DNA of 64,000 nucleotides from Eledone cirrhosa (GCA_964016885.1 OZ024760.1:2666001-2730000), one strand, 5' to 3'. Positions 1 through 13,482 are shown, counted from the first letter of the stretch. Notes: a model not told the origin generated them from the sequence alone. Made by a program: numbers and translations.

Positions 1-45
1 TGCTGGCCTTGTGTCAAAAGTAGAAACAATTATTAAGATAGTAAA

Positions 46-200
46 AGGCATGAATTGGCAGCGTCAGACACCATGCTAGTGGCACAGGGTTACGTCCCTT
101 TACATTCTGAATTCAAATCCCAATGAGATTAGGTTCAGTTTTCATCCTTAAGGGGTCAATAAAATAAAACACCTGTAATGCATTGGGGTCGATTTAACAG
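46..200 (+). mobile_element. tRNA-derived SINE (group A), degraded copy
   Basis: TGAATTGGCAG head, B-box-like GAATTCAAATCC and core TTTCATCCTT..GGGGTC.ATAAAATAAA match the other group A copies; a 3' tail of another copy lies at 1-35. Confidence 0.75.
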
Positions 201-811
201 AAACCACTACTAAGACAGTAATTTAAGATATGGTTCTTATGTAAAATTATGCTCTAAGATTTTAATCTGAATTGTGCCTTGGAGGGGAACTTTCTAGATG
301 CAAATCTCATGGTTATTTGTGACCGAAAGGGGGTCTTTAATCTACATGTAGCATGTTGTGCCAAATACACTATGCAACATATAATCAGCTATTACATATA
401 CTAGCAGAAATGCTAGTATATGTAGTGTGCATATTTATATTATATGCAAATATACCTGCATGTAGATATGATACATCAAATAAAATCATAATTGAGAATA
501 TGCACAGAAATTGAAGAGAGACTGTTTTACACGCATTACGGGGAAATGTAATGAAAACGAAACAGGAGAAAATTAGTGACAGAAATATAAACCTTATATA
601 ACGATGCAAATATATTAACGTTTACATAAACGATGTAATAAGTGTTATGATATAACGGACGCTAACCGGAAGTGTAGACATTTGAACGTTTTAAAAGAAG
701 TGAATCTTAAAATAAACAATCAACATATATATGAATAGTTATATTTAATCAACAGCTACAAAATTTAGTAGATAAATTATGTAATATTCATTTATTATTT
801 ATTCAAAGTAA

Positions 812-996
812 GGGCGGTGGATTGGCAGTATCGGTAGAGGGTCGGACGCCATGCTTTCCAGCATAGTTACGTCCCTTTACGATCTGAATTCAAATCCCGC
901 CGAGATTAACTTTGCCTTTCATCCTTACGGGGTCGATAAAATAAAGTACCAGTAATGCACTGGGTGATTGCTGGCCTTGTGCCTAAAGTAGAAACA
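812..996 (+). mobile_element. tRNA-derived SINE (group A), full-length with 18-bp TSD
   Basis: A-box-like TGGCAGTATCGG, B-box-like GAATTCAAATCCC, core GCCTTTCATCCTTACGGGGTCGATAAAATAAAGTACCAG, tail GGCCTTGTGCCTAAAGTAGAAAC; direct repeat ATTATTTATTCAAAGTAA at 794-811 and 997-1014. Confidence 0.9.
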
Positions 997-1317
997 ATTA
1001 TTTATTCAAAGTAATCTAACTTATTTTACTAACGGGATAAAAAAAGATATTCAGGACACAGTCCTGCACTCCCCCCTTTATTATATTATGATAGCACATT
1101 ATACAATATTGACTGTTGTTGTTCTTGTTGTTGTGGTGGTGGTGGTGGTGGGATTTATCATTTTAGCAAGTGGAGTGATTTTAGTTTTAGAAAAATGAAC
1201 CTATAATAAAAAATATATGGAGTTGTGTGTGTGTGTGTCTGTGCAAGAGTATGATGCCCGCCTGGCGAGAATGGGCTGGACCACTACATATATATAGTAG
1301 CGGCCTGAGTAAGTGGG

Positions 1318-4300
1318 CAAGTTGGTACTAGTTCCACAGTTCGTGTGTTGATAGTCAAAGTTGGTACTAGTTCTACAGTTCATATGTTGATAGTCAAAGT
1401 TGGTACTAGTTCCACAGTTCGTGTGTTGATAGTCAAAGTTGGTACTAGTTCCACAGTTCGTATGTTGATAGTCAAAGTTGGTACTAGTTCCACAGTTCGT
1501 GTGTTGATAGTCAAAGTTGGTACTAGTTCCACAGTTCGTGTGTTGATAGTCAAAGTTGGTACTAGTTCCACAGTTCATGTGTTAATAGTCAAAGTTGGTA
1601 TTAGTTCCACAGTTCATATGTTGATAGTCAAAGTTGGTACTAGTTCCACAGTTGGTGTGTTGATAGTCAAAGTTGGTACTAGTTCCACAGATCGTGTGTT
1701 GGTAGTCAAAGTTGGTACTAGTTCCACAGTTCGTATGTTGATAGTCAAAGTTGGTACTAGTTCCACAGTTCGTATGTTGATAGTCAAAGTTGGTACTAGT
1801 TCCACAGTTCGTATGTTGATAGTCAAAGTTGGTACTAGTTCCACAGTTCTTGTGTTGATAGTCAAAGTTGGTACTAGTTCCACAGTTCGTGTGTTGATAG
1901 TCAAAGTTGGTACTAGTTCCACAGTTCGTATGTTGATAGTCAAAGTTGGTACTAGTTCCACAGTTCGTGTGTTGGTAGTCAAAGTTGGTATTAGTTCCAC
2001 AGTTCGTGTGTTGGTAGTCAAAGTTGGTACTAGTTCCACAGTTCGTGTGTTGATAGTCAAAGTTGGTACTAGTTCTACAGTTCGTGTGTTGATAGTCAAA
2101 GTTGGTACTAGTTCTACAGTTCATGTGTTGATAGTCAAAGTTGGTACTAGTTCTACAGTTCGTGTGTTGGTAGTGAAAGTTGGTACTAGTTCCACAGTTC
2201 GTGTGTTGATAGTCAAAGTTGGTACTAGTTCCACAGTTCATGTGTTGATAGTCAAAGTTGGTACTAGTTCCACAGTTCGTGTGTTGATAGTCAAAGTTGG
2301 TACTAGTTCCACAGTTCGTGTGTTGATAGTCAAAGTTGGTACTAGTTCCACAGTTCATGTGTTAATAGTCAAAGTTGGTATTAGTTCCACAGTTCATGTG
2401 TTGATAGTCAAAGTTGGTACTAGTTCCACAGTTCGTGTGTTGATAGTCAAAGTTGGTACTAGTTCCACAGTTCGTGTGTTGATAGTCAAAGTTGGTACTA
2501 GTTCCACAGTTCATGTGTTAATAGTCAAAGTTGGTATTAGTTCCACAGTTCGTATGTTGATAGTCAAAGTTGGTACTAGTTCCACAGTTCGTGTGTTGAT
2601 AGTCAAAGTTGGTACTAGTTCCACAGTTCATGTGTTGATAGTCAAAGTTGGTATTAGTTCCACAGTTCGTATGTTGATAGTCAAAGCTGGTACTAGTTCC
2701 ACAGATCGTGTGTTGGTAGTCAAAGTTGGTACTAGTTCCACAGTTCGTATGTTGATAGTCAAAGTTGGTACTAGTTCCACAGTTCGTGTGTTGATAGTCA
2801 AAGTTGGTACTAGTTCCACAGACCGTGTGTTGGTAGTCAAAGTTGGTATTAGTTCCACAGTTCGTGTGTTGGTAGTCAAAGTTGGTACTAGTTCCACAGT
2901 TCGTGTGTTGATAGTCAAAGTTGGTACTAGTTCTACAGTTCATGTGTTGGTAGTCAAAGTTGGTACTAGTTCCACAGTTCATGTGTTGATAGTCAAAGTT
3001 GGTACTAGTTCTACAGTTCATGTGTTGGTAGTCAAAGTTGGTACTAGTTCTACAGTTCATGTGTTGATAGTCAAAGTTGGTACTAGTTCTACAGTTCATG
3101 TGTTGATAGTCAAAGTTGGTACTAGTTCTACAGTTCATGTGTTGATAGTCAAAGTTGGTACTAGTTCCACAGTTCGTGTGTTGGTAGTCAAAGTTGGTAC
3201 TAGTTCCACAGTTGGTGTTGATGGTCAAAGTTGGTACTAGTTCCACAGTTCGTGTGTTGATAGTCAAAGTTAGTACTAGTTCCACAGTTGGTGTGTTGAT
3301 GGTCAAAGTTGGTACTAGTTCCACAGTTCGTGTGTTGATAGTCAAAGTTGGTACTAGTTCCACAGTTCGTGTGTTGATAGTCAAAGTTGGTACTAGTTCT
3401 ACAGTTCATGTGTTGATAGTCAAAGTTGGTACTAGTTCTACAGTTCATGTGTTGATAGTCAAAGTTGGTACTAGTTCCACAGTTCGTATGTTGATAGTCA
3501 AAGTTGGTACTAGTTCTACAGTTCATGTGTTGATAGTCAAAGTTGGTACTAGTTCCACAGTTCGTGTGTTGGTAGTCAAAGTTGGTACTAGTTCCACAGT
3601 TGGTGTGTTGATGGTCAAAGTTGGTACTAGTTCCACAGTTCGTGTGTTGATAGTCAAAGTTAGTACTAGTTCCACAGTTCTTGTGTTGAGAGTCAAAGTT
3701 GGTACTAGTTCCACAGTTCGTGTGTTGGTAGTCAAAGTTGGTACTAGTTCCACAGTTGGTGTGTTGATGGTCAAAGTTGGTACTAGTTCCACAGTTCGTG
3801 TGTTGATAGTCAAAGTTGGTACTAGTTCCACAGTTGGTGTGTTGATGGTCAAAGTTGGTACTTGTTCCACAGTTCGTGTGTTGATAGTCAAAGTTGGTAC
3901 TAGTTCCACAGTTCGTGTGTTGATAGTCAAAGTTGGTACTAGTTCCACAGTTCATGTGTTGATAGTCAAAGTTGGTATTAGTTCCACAGTTCGTATGTTG
4001 ATAGTCAAAGTTGGTACTAGTTCTACAGTTCGTGTGTTGATAGTCAAAGTTGGTACTAGTTCCACAGTTCGTGTGTTGATAGTCAAAGTTGGTACTAGTT
4101 CCACAGTTCGTGTGTTGATAGTCAAAGTTGGTACTAGTTCCACAGTTCATGTGTTGATAGTCAAAGTTGGTATTAGTTCCACAGTTCGTATGTTGATAGT
4201 CAAAGTTGGTACTAGTTCCACAGATCGTGTGTTGGTAGTCAAAGTTGGTACTAGTTCCACAGTTGGTGTGTTGATAGTCAAAGTTGGTACTAGTTCCTCA

Positions 4301-7300
4301 GTTTGTGTGTTGATAGCCAAAGTTGGTACTAGTTCCACAGTTCATGTGTTGATAGTCAAAGTTGGTATTAGTTCCACAGTTCGTATGTTGATAGTCAAAG
4401 TTGGTACTAGTTCCACAGATCGTGTGTTTGTAGTCAAAGTTGGTACTAGTTCCACAGTTCGTGTGTTGGTAGTCAAAGTTGGTACTAGTTCCACAGTTCG
4501 TGTGTTGGTAGTCAAAGTTGGTACTAGTTCCACAGTTAGTGTGTTGATAGTCAAAGTTGGTACTAGTTCTACAGTTCATGTGTTGATAGTCAAAGTTGGT
4601 ACTAGTTCTACAGTTCGTGTGTTGATAGTCAAAGTTGGTACTAGTTCCACAGTTCGTGTGTTGATAGTCAAAGTTGGTACTAGTTCCACAGTTCGTATGT
4701 TGATAGTCAAAGTTGGTACTAGTTCCACAGTTCGTGTGTTGATAGTCAAAGTTGGTACTAGTTCCACAGTTCGTGTGTTGATAGTCAAAGTTGGTACTAG
4801 TTCCACAGTTCGTGTGTTGATAGTCAAAGTTGGTACTAGTTCCACAGTTCATGTGTTGATAGTCAAAGTTGGTATTAGTTCCACAATTCGTATGTTGATA
4901 GTCAAAGTTGGTACTAGTTCCACAGATCGTGTGTTGGTAGTCAAAGTTGGTACTAGTTCCACAGTTGGTGTGTTGATAGTCAAAGTTGGTACTAGTTCCT
5001 CAGTTTGTGTGTTGATAGCCAAAGTTGGTACTAGTTCCACAGTTCATGTGTTGATAGTCAAAGTTGGTATTAGTTCCACAGTTCGTATGTTGATAGTCAA
5101 AGTTGGTACTAGTTCCACAGATCGTGTGTTTGTAGTCAAAGTTGGTACTAGTTCCACAGTTCGTGTGTTGGTAGTCAAAGTTGGTACTAGTTCCACAGTT
5201 CGTGTGTTGGTAGTCAAAGTTGGTACTAGTTCCACAGTTCGTGTGTTGATAGTCAAAATTGGTACTAGTTCTACAGTTCATGTGTTGATAGTCAAAGTTG
5301 GTACTAGTTCTACAGTTCGTGTGTTGATAGTCAAAGTTGGTACTAGTTCCACTGTTCGTGTGTTGATAGTCAAAGTTGGTACTAGTTCCACAGTTCGTAT
5401 GTTGATAGTCAAAGTTGGTACTAGTTCCACAGTTCGTGTGTTGATAGTCAAAGTTGGTACTAGTTCCACAGTTCGTGTGTTGATAGTCAAAGTTGGTACT
5501 AGTTCCACAGTTCGTGTGTTGATAGTCAAAGTTGGTACTAGTTCCACAGTTCATGTGTTGATAGTCAAATTTGGTACTAGTTCTACAGTTCGTGTGTTGG
5601 TAGTCAAAGTTGGTACTAGTTCCACAGTTCGTGTGTTGATAGTCAAAGTTGGTACTAGTTCCACAGTTCGTGTGTTGATAGTCAAAGTTGGTACTAGTTC
5701 CACAGTTCGTATGTTGATAGTCAAAGTTGGTACTAGTTCCACAGTTCATGTGTTGATAGTCAAAGTTGGTACTAGTTCCACAGTTCATGTGTTGATAGTC
5801 AAAGTTGGTACTAGTTCCACAGTTCGTGTGTTGGTAGTCAAAGTTGGTACTAGTTCCACAGTTCGTGTGTTGATAGTCAAAGTTGGTACTAGTTCCACAG
5901 TTCATGTGTTGATAGTCAAATTTGGTACTAGTTCTACAGTTCGTGTGTTGGTAGTCAAAGTTGGTACTAGTTCCACAGTTCGTGTGTTGATAGTCAAAGT
6001 TGGTACTAGTTCCACAGTTCGTGTGTTGATAGTCAAAGTTGGTACTAGTTCCACAGTTCGTATGTTGATAGTCAAAGTTGGTACTAGTTCCACAGTTCAT
6101 GTGTTGATAGTCAAAGTTGGTACTAGTTCCACAGTTCATGTGTTGATAGTCAAAGTTGGTACTAGTTCCACAGTTCGTGTGTTGGTAGTCAAAGTTGGTA
6201 CTAGTTCCAGAGTTCGTGTGTTGATAGTCAAAGTTGGTACTAGTTCCACAGTTCGTGTGTTGATAGTCAAAGTTGGTACTAGTTCCACAGTTCGTGTGTT
6301 GATAGTCAAAGTTGGAACTAGTTCCACAGTTCGTCTGTTGATAGTCAAAGTTGGAATTAGTTCCAGAGTTCGTGTGTTGATAGTCAAAAGTTGGTACTAG
6401 TTCCACAGTTCCTGTGTTGATAGTCAAAGTTGGAACTAGTTCCACAGTTCATGTGTTGATAGTCAAAGTTGGAACTAGTTCCACAGTTCATGTGTTGATA
6501 GTCAAAGTTGGTACTAGTTCCACAGTTCGTGTGTTGATAGTCAAAGTTGGTACTAGTTCCACAGTTCGTGTGTTGATAGTCAAAGTTGGTACTAGTTCCA
6601 CAGTTCGTGTGTTGATAGTCAAAGTTGGTACTAGTTCTACAGTTCATGTGTTGATAGTCAAAGTTGGTACTAGTTCTACAGTTCGTGTGTTGGTAGTCAA
6701 AGTTGGTACTAGTTCCACAGTTCGTATGTTGATAGTCAAAGTTGGTACTAGTTCCACAGTTCGTATGTTGATAGTCAAAGTTGGTACTAGTTCTACAGTT
6801 CATGTGTTGATAGTCAAAGTTGGTACTAGTTCTACAGTTCGTGTGTTGGTAGTCAAAGTTGGTACTAGTTCCACAGTTCGTGTGTTGATAGTCAAAGTTG
6901 GTACTAGTTCCACAGTTCGTGTGTTGATAGTCAAAGTTGGAACTAGTTCCACAGTTCGTCTGTTGATAGTCAAAGTTGGAATTAGTTCGAGAGTTCGTGT
7001 GTTGATAGTCAAAAGTTGGTACTAGTTCCACAGTTCCTGTGTTGATAGTCAAAGTTGGAACTAGTTCCACAGTTCATGTGTTGATAGTCAAAGTTGGAAC
7101 TAGTTCCACAGTTCATGTGTTGATAGTCAAAGTTGGTACTAGTTCCACATTTCGTGTGTTGATAGTCAAAGTTGGTACTAGTTCCACAGTTCGTGTGTTG
7201 ATAGTCAAAGTTGGTACTAGTTCCACAGTTCGTGTGTTGATAGTCAAAGTTGGTACTAGTTCCACAGTTCATGCGTTGATAGTCAAAGTTGGTATTAGTT

Positions 7301-8660
7301 CCACAGTTCGTGTGTTGGTAGTCAAAGTTGGTACTAGTTCCACAGTTCGTGTGTTGATAGTCAAAGTTGGTACTAGTTCTACAGTTCATGTGTTGATAGT
7401 CAAAGTTGGTACTAGTTCTACAGTTCGTGTGTTGGTAGTCAAAGTTGGTACTAGTTCCACAGTTCGTATGTTGATAGTCAAAGTTGGTACTAGTTCCACA
7501 GTTCGTATGTTGGTAGTCAAAGTTGGTACTAGTTCTACAGTTCATGTGTTGATAGTCAAAGTTGGTACTAGTTCTACAGTTCGTGTGTTGGTAGTCAAAG
7601 TTGGTACTAGTTCCACAGTTCGTATGTTGATAGTCAAAGTTGGTACTAGTTCCACAGTTCGTATGTTGATAGTCAAAGTTGGTACTAGTTCTACAGTTCG
7701 TGTGTTGGTAGTCAAAGTTGGTACTAGTTCCACAGTTCGTGTGTTGATAGTCAAAGTTGGTACTAGTTCTACAGTTCATGTGTTGATACTCAAAGTTGGT
7801 ACTAGTTCCACAGTTCGTGTGTTATAGTCAAAGTTGGTACTAGTTCTACAGTTCATGTGTTAATAGTCAAAGTTGGTACTAGTTCTACAGTTCATGTGTT
7901 GATACTCAAAGTTGGTACTAGTTCCACAGTTCGTGTGTTGATAGTCAAAGTTGGTACTAGTTCCACAGTTCATGTGTTGATAGTCAAAGTTGGTACTAGT
8001 TCCACAGTTCATGTGTTGATAGTCAAAGTTGGTACTAGTTCCACAGTTCGTGTGTTGATAGTCAAAGTTGGTACTAGTTCCACAGTTCGTGTGTTGGTAG
8101 TCAAAGTTGGTACTAGTTCCACAGTTCGTGTGTTGGTAGTCAAAGTTGGTACTAGTTCCACAGTTCGTGTGTTGATAGTCAAAGTTGGTACTAGTTCCAC
8201 AGTTCGTGTGTTGGTAGTCAAAGTTGGAACTAGTTCCACAGTTCGTGTGTTGGTAGTCAAAGTTGGAACTAGTTCCACAGTTCGTGTGTTGATAGTCAAA
8301 AGTTGGTACTAGTTCCACAGTTCCTGTGTTGATAGTCAAAGTTGGTATTAGTTCCACAGTTCATGTGTTGATAGTCAAAGTTGGAACTAGTTCCACAGTT
8401 CCTGTGTTGATAGTCAAAGTTGGTACTAGTTCCACAGTTCATGTGTTGATAGTCAAAGTTGGTACTAGTTCCACAGTTTGTGTGTTGATAGTCAAAGTTG
8501 GTACTAGTTCCACAGTTTGTGTGTTGATAGTCAAAGTTGGTACTAGTTCCACAGTTTGTGTGTTGATAGTCAAAGTTGGTACTAGTTCCACAGTTTGTGT
8601 GTTGATAGTCAAAGTTGGTACTAGTTCCACAGTTTGTGTGTTGATAGTCAAAGCTGGAGT
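1318..8660. repeat. 39-bp tandem satellite, about 188 copies
   Basis: Unit GTTGATAGTCAAAGTTGGTACTAGTTCCACAGTTCGTGT; explains all 13-aa periodic ORFs on both strands; no spacers. Confidence 0.98.
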
Positions 8661-8737
8661 TCAAGTTAGCACGTTAGATTGTTGGTTCTTAAAAGATTGT
8701 TGTTCCGTTACGTGTGGTTATTGCCGTTTGTTTCGAT

Positions 8738-9205
8738 TATTTTTTTTATTACATTTTTGCAGTGTATTCGTTTATCCATAAGGACATAACAATAAGTAAA
8801 TGGAGCCCCACATGCTGACCACCCCCATGACCCCGGTGGACAGAATAAAGAAGGCGTTTTTTCAAAGGATGGTGAGGGAGGTGCACTGGAAGAGCCATTC
8901 GTGCTCGCGAGGCTCATACCTGCGGGTAGCCAAATCTGTACTGATGGTTGAGTGTAGGGAGAAGGTCCTAGAGCCAAGGATACCAGAACTCTCCACTGCT
9001 ACGGGCTCAACCACAAACCAGTCGGAGAGCGACTGATATTTGGAGAGTTTACCCTCCTTGGCCTGAAGTGCAGCAGAGCCAACTGTAAGCCAGTGGAAAA
9101 GGAGGGTAAGGCATTGAGCAAGGTACCGGTGTGAGGTTGAGAGGAGGTGCTGGTCGAGCTGGGGCACTAGCCTGTCTGAGGCCCTGTCACACTGGATGAC
9201 ATCCC
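8738..9205 (-). mobile_element. 3' fragment of a CRE-clade non-LTR retrotransposon (restriction-like endonuclease region), degraded
   Basis: Minus-strand translation WDV...GSAALQAKEGKLSKYQSL..FVVEPVAVESSGILG...EPREHEWLFQCTSLTIL*KNA resembles the CRE C-terminal pattern WDVT..AGSAA..AE..K..KY..L...F.PVAVET.G..G...RE..FL.QRLS.AIQRGNA; A-rich tail at 8738-8747 on the minus strand. Confidence 0.75.
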
Positions 9206-9280
9206 ATATGCTCTTATCTATCTATGTTATTCTCTCTCTATATATATATATCATCTGTATATATATATATATATTATCTG

Positions 9281-9314
<34 letters not shown>

Positions 9315-9317
9315 TAA

Positions 9318-9517
9318 CGAAGGAATTGTGGTAAGGAACCAGATGGACCATAACGCACCAAAGTACTCAATACTTCGGGTAGTTGAGTGGGTAAAAGGAA
9401 CAAGTATGACCCCGACAGCAGAGCTCAAGCCGTTTCGACGGCTATTTCTGGACTATTTTAGTCCAGAAATAGCCGTCGAAACGGCTTGAGCTCTGCCGTC
9501 GGGGTCATACTTGCTCC
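9318..9517 (-). mobile_element. Penelope-like terminal remnant with fold-back palindrome
   Basis: About 59-bp inverted arms 9397-9455 and 9459-9517 with a 3-nt loop; contains GAAAC but no CUGANGA; flanked by (TA)n/(CA)n; GTATTGAGTAC on the minus strand at 9363-9373. Confidence 0.6.
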
Positions 9518-9580
9518 TATATATACACACACACATATATATATATATATAATTTTGGATATAGATATATAAAGGCACAT

Positions 9581-9932
9581 GGAGGCACATGGCTTAGTGG
9601 TTAGAGCATTGGCCTTGCAATCCAAAGGTTGTGAGTTCAATTCTCAGACCGGGTGATGTGTTGTTTCTTTGAGCAAGACACTTTATTTCACATTGCTCCA
9701 GTTTACTCAGCTGTAGAAATGAGATGATAGGGACTGGGGTCCATATCATTCCACTGCAAAGTGGTCGTGGAGGTGCCATGGCAAAAAAGCACCCAGCACT
9801 CACTGTAAATGAGGTTGGTGTTAGGAAGGGCATCCAGCTGTAGAAATCAAGCCAGCATCTTTTCCCGTCCCACCCTTGCAAGCAGGGAAAAAGCGGACGT
9901 AAAATGAAATGAAAAATGAAATGAAATGAAAA
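9581..9932 (+). mobile_element. tRNA-head SINE (group B) with RTE-derived tail
   Basis: A box TGGCTTAGTGG, B box GAGTTCAATTC, CORE-like TTGAGCAAGACACTTTA, GTTAGGAAGGGCATCCAG block, 3' end matching the LINE at 63159-63201, (AAATG)n tail. Confidence 0.9.
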
Positions 9933-10381
9933 TACGGCTCCTTAATTGTAGAGCTAACTCTGTTGAAAGGATTTGACTGCTAATTCTAGTTGTCGATAAC
10001 CCTATTCACGCCACTGTGACGAAGCTGGTATGATGTGTGTATTTCTAGTAGATACAGCACGTGTTGCTGGCCAGTCGCTGATTTGAACTTGAAGTGTAAA
10101 CATAGGACGCTGGACCTCTTCCTTGTTGAAAATCCAAGTACCGGCCTCCATGGTTTACCATTCGATTAATTGGTGAAATATATTTCTTTAATGGAATATA
10201 TACAGGGAAGATTAATCATATTATAAGGTATCTATTTTTGAAGTTCTGGATAACTTTATTTAGTTACCTACCTAGCTATGTGTGCTTACACACTTGTAAA
10301 AATCATCTCCTGTGATTATTCATGTTTATTTATATGTTAATCAATTTCTAGTGATTATATATAAATATATATATATATATA

Positions 10382-10414
<33 letters not shown>

Positions 10415-10427
10415 CATCTGTATATGT

Positions 10428-10715
10428 GTGTATGGGAGCATCGCAAAAGTCAGCTCAAAAGTGACACAGAGGAGACTGAGGTTAGCTGGACATGCTCACC
10501 GACATCCAGAGTTGACATTGCACTCAGTGCTCCTTTGGGAGCCCCTACATGGACACACTAGAAGAGGAAGACCAAGGTTAACGTATGTTGATGCCCTAAG
10601 GACAGACACTGGTCTGTTGGAGATGCAGGACATGGCAGCGATAATGAGGGACAGAGACCGCTGGAGAGAACTCGTCCATGGATCTCGGGAATTTTACCCG
10701 CCTTAGAATAGAAAA
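10428..10715 (+). mobile_element. 5'-truncated RTE-like LINE 3' fragment (second family)
   Basis: RRLRLAGHAHRH...LLWEP.HG..RRGRPRLTYVD....DTG...MRDRDRWRELV is a typical RTE C-terminus; next to (TA)n. Confidence 0.85.
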
Positions 10716-10913
10716 TGTGTGTATATATATATCATATATCATCTGTATATGTCTGTATGTATATATCAGATATCATCTGTATATGTGTGTATGTATGTAT
10801 ATATATATATATTCTTTCTCCCCTCTGGCAATAATAAATGATGCTTGCTATTATATCATTGTGAGCTTTATTATGATGATAGATGGTGCAGTGGACCACA
10901 CACACACATGCAT

Positions 10914-10968
<55 letters not shown>

Positions 10969-10972
<4 letters not shown>

Positions 10973-11453
10973 GAAATGACAGGAGGCTGGATTTGTGTAA
11001 ATCCTTGAAAGGTTTATTATACTATGATCATTTCAATGACCGGGTTCCGTATGAATCCGGTGATATCATCAGGTATTCGAAATATAATACGTGAATGTAA
11101 TAGATAAAATCCATGGGGCTGAAAATCAAGGACCCGATTTTCAGGTCCTCGATTTTCAGCCCCATGGATTTTATCTATTACATTCACGTATTATATTTCG
11201 AATACCTGATGATATCACCGGATTCATACGGAACCCGGTCATTGAAATGATCATAGTATAATAAACCTTTCAAGGATTTACACAAATCCAGCCTCCTGTC
11301 ATTTCATTATAATATTTAACTCCGTAATAGCACCACCAACTACAAAAACAAAGACGGTTGAACTGCTTTACGTTGAGTACTCTCTATATTATTGCATTAC
11401 GATTGACCATACGGAATAGACCAGCTCTATACAGTGGTGAACCTCAAACCTGA

Positions 11454-11458
<5 letters not shown>
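10969..11458 (+). mobile_element. Penelope-like terminal remnant with about 165-bp fold-back palindrome
   Basis: Inverted arms about 10968-11133 and 11145-11311; hammerhead fold in each arm; AATAAA directly downstream; bounded on both sides by (TA)n. Confidence 0.75.
11202..11259 (+). ncRNA. minimal type I hammerhead ribozyme
   Basis: ATAC-CTGATGA-[stem II ACCGG/CCGGT]-GAAA-T-GATC-A-TA-GTAT: stem I ATAC/GTAT, palindromic loop 3 GATC, AUA site. Confidence 0.75.
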
Positions 11459-11501
<43 letters not shown>

Positions 11502-11615
11502 TATATAATATATATATAATATATATATATAATATATATATATATAATATATATGTATATATAATATATATATATAATATATAATATATATATATAATAT
11601 ATATATATATAATAT

Positions 11616-11667
<52 letters not shown>

Positions 11668-11873
11668 TATGTTGTAACTTCATCACAATACGGCATATGG
11701 AATGAGTTGGTATTAAACCCAATGAAACTTAAGTATCTGGGTAATACCACTGTTGTAACTGATTATATATATGTATATATGTATGTGTATCCATATATAT
11801 GTATAATATATATATATATATATATATATGTGTGTTTGTGTATCCATATATATGTATATGTATGTATGTATAT

Positions 11874-11928
<55 letters not shown>

Positions 11929-11957
11929 GTGTGGTGTATCTCTCTCTCTCTCTCTTT

Positions 11958-11999
<42 letters not shown>

Positions 12000-12317
12000 A
12001 GGGGGGATTTTATTGAAAGAATTGGTTATCTAAAATAGAAGTTATATCATCAGTAATGGTGAAAAGCTCATTATTTGGAATCTCAGTTTTATTTACACCC
12101 CCAGAAACTTAGTAAAGAGATTGGAGTGAATTGGTGAAGATAAACTGCAGGATAATATATTATGGCAGAATATAGCCCAGGGGGACTTTAGAAATATATG
12201 TACGCAGGCAACAGAATTGCTATAAGCTTCTCAGATAGTGAACCATATACTGTATATTATATATACATATATCCAACCTTTGCAAGCAGGGAAGAGACAC
12301 ACTATATATATATATAT

Positions 12318-12540
12318 GAAGGCATGTGGCTGAGTGGTTAGAGAATTGGATTCGCAATCGTTAAGTTGTGAGTTCGATTCCTGGACCAGGCGATGCGATA
12401 TAACCTTGAGCAAGACACTTTATTCACGTTGTTCCTTCTACCTGGAGTTGCGACCGATAGATAGTATTAAGCAATTGGAAAGACCAACAGAAACATTGTT
12501 TCCTCGGTCCGATTTGACGAAAGTCGATCGTTCCTTAAAA
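12318..12540 (+). mobile_element. tRNA-head SINE, group B-like head and core with a different tail
   Basis: GGCATGTGGCTGAGTGGTTAGAG, GAGTTCGATTCC, CCTTGAGCAAGACACTTTA; the 3' part does not match the RTE tail. Confidence 0.7.
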
Positions 12541-13020
12541 TATATATATATATATATAAATTAATATGTATGTGATGAAACACAGATACCAACACATCTG
12601 TATATATATTGCAAAAGAAAAATTTAGTCAGATTGAAGTATACTAATTATTATACTACAGTTTGTCCATATCGATTTAAAATAATAAATCAACGGAGACG
12701 AACTGTATTGGCAAAAGGCCGTGATGTTTAGACACATTTAAATATCAAAATCAAACCTGTTCCGTAGATAAGTTTAGACTTTAAGATCCAAATATGTTTC
12801 GAGTTAAATAAGTGTAGGAATATCATGTCCCGCTCTCCTCAGTAAACATCCAGAGACAAATTGATATGCTTCACTTCTAAATAATTTAAAAGACTGCATG
12901 ACGCACATGGCTTTACAGTATCTAACTAGTCTCATAACCGTACTGCTAGAAATAACAGTCGTATATATGAGGCGGCTTTGCAGCTCAAACTAGGAGCAGT
13001 TAAAATATATATATATATAA

Positions 13021-13116
<96 letters not shown>

Positions 13117-13117
13117 G

Positions 13118-13482
13118 AGATCGTGTAGGTGTCATGACAAAAAAACACACAGTCCACGCTGTAATGTGGCCGTGTAGGCAACACGGTAAACCTCCCAGCC
13201 CCACACTGTAAATGTGGTTGGTGTTAGGAAGGGCATCCAGCTGTAGAAAACCCGCCAGACAGTCCACGCTGTAATGTGGCCATGTAGGCAACACGGTAAA
13301 AACCTCCCAGCCCCACACTGTAAATGTGGTTGGTGGTAGGCAGGGCATCCAGCTGTAGAAAACCCGCCAGACAGTCCTATGCGAGCAAGACAACCACTCT
13401 TGCCTCAAGTGGGGAAAACTCCCGTCCAAACCCATGCAAGCGTGGAACATGGACGTTAAACGATGATGATGATGATGATGAT
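13118..13482 (+). mobile_element. RTE-derived non-autonomous element with two 112-bp internal units
   Basis: GTTAGGAAGGGCATCCAGCTGTAGAAAA block plus RTE-like tail CCCGTCCAAACCCATGCAAGCGTGGAACATGGACGTTAAA(TGA)n; near-identical inverted partner at 14840-15322. Confidence 0.8.

Noticed and set aside
1318-8660. CRISPR array (also considered for the 32-bp and 48-bp arrays)
   Set aside because: Units are head-to-tail with no unique spacers, there are no cas genes, and the context is eukaryotic.
1345-8781. Long repetitive ORFs up to 1068 aa (VLIVKVGTSSTVR)n and antisense (NCGTSTNFDYQHT)n
   Set aside because: By-products of a 39-bp unit; open on both strands, scattered frameshifts, no unique domains.
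9581-9650. tRNA gene (and other SINE heads)
   Set aside because: A and B boxes are present but there is no proper acceptor stem, and each is fused to a SINE body.
10013-10080. Additional hammerhead at CTGTGACGAAGCTGG...CCAG
   Set aside because: No GAAA core or stem III could be found.
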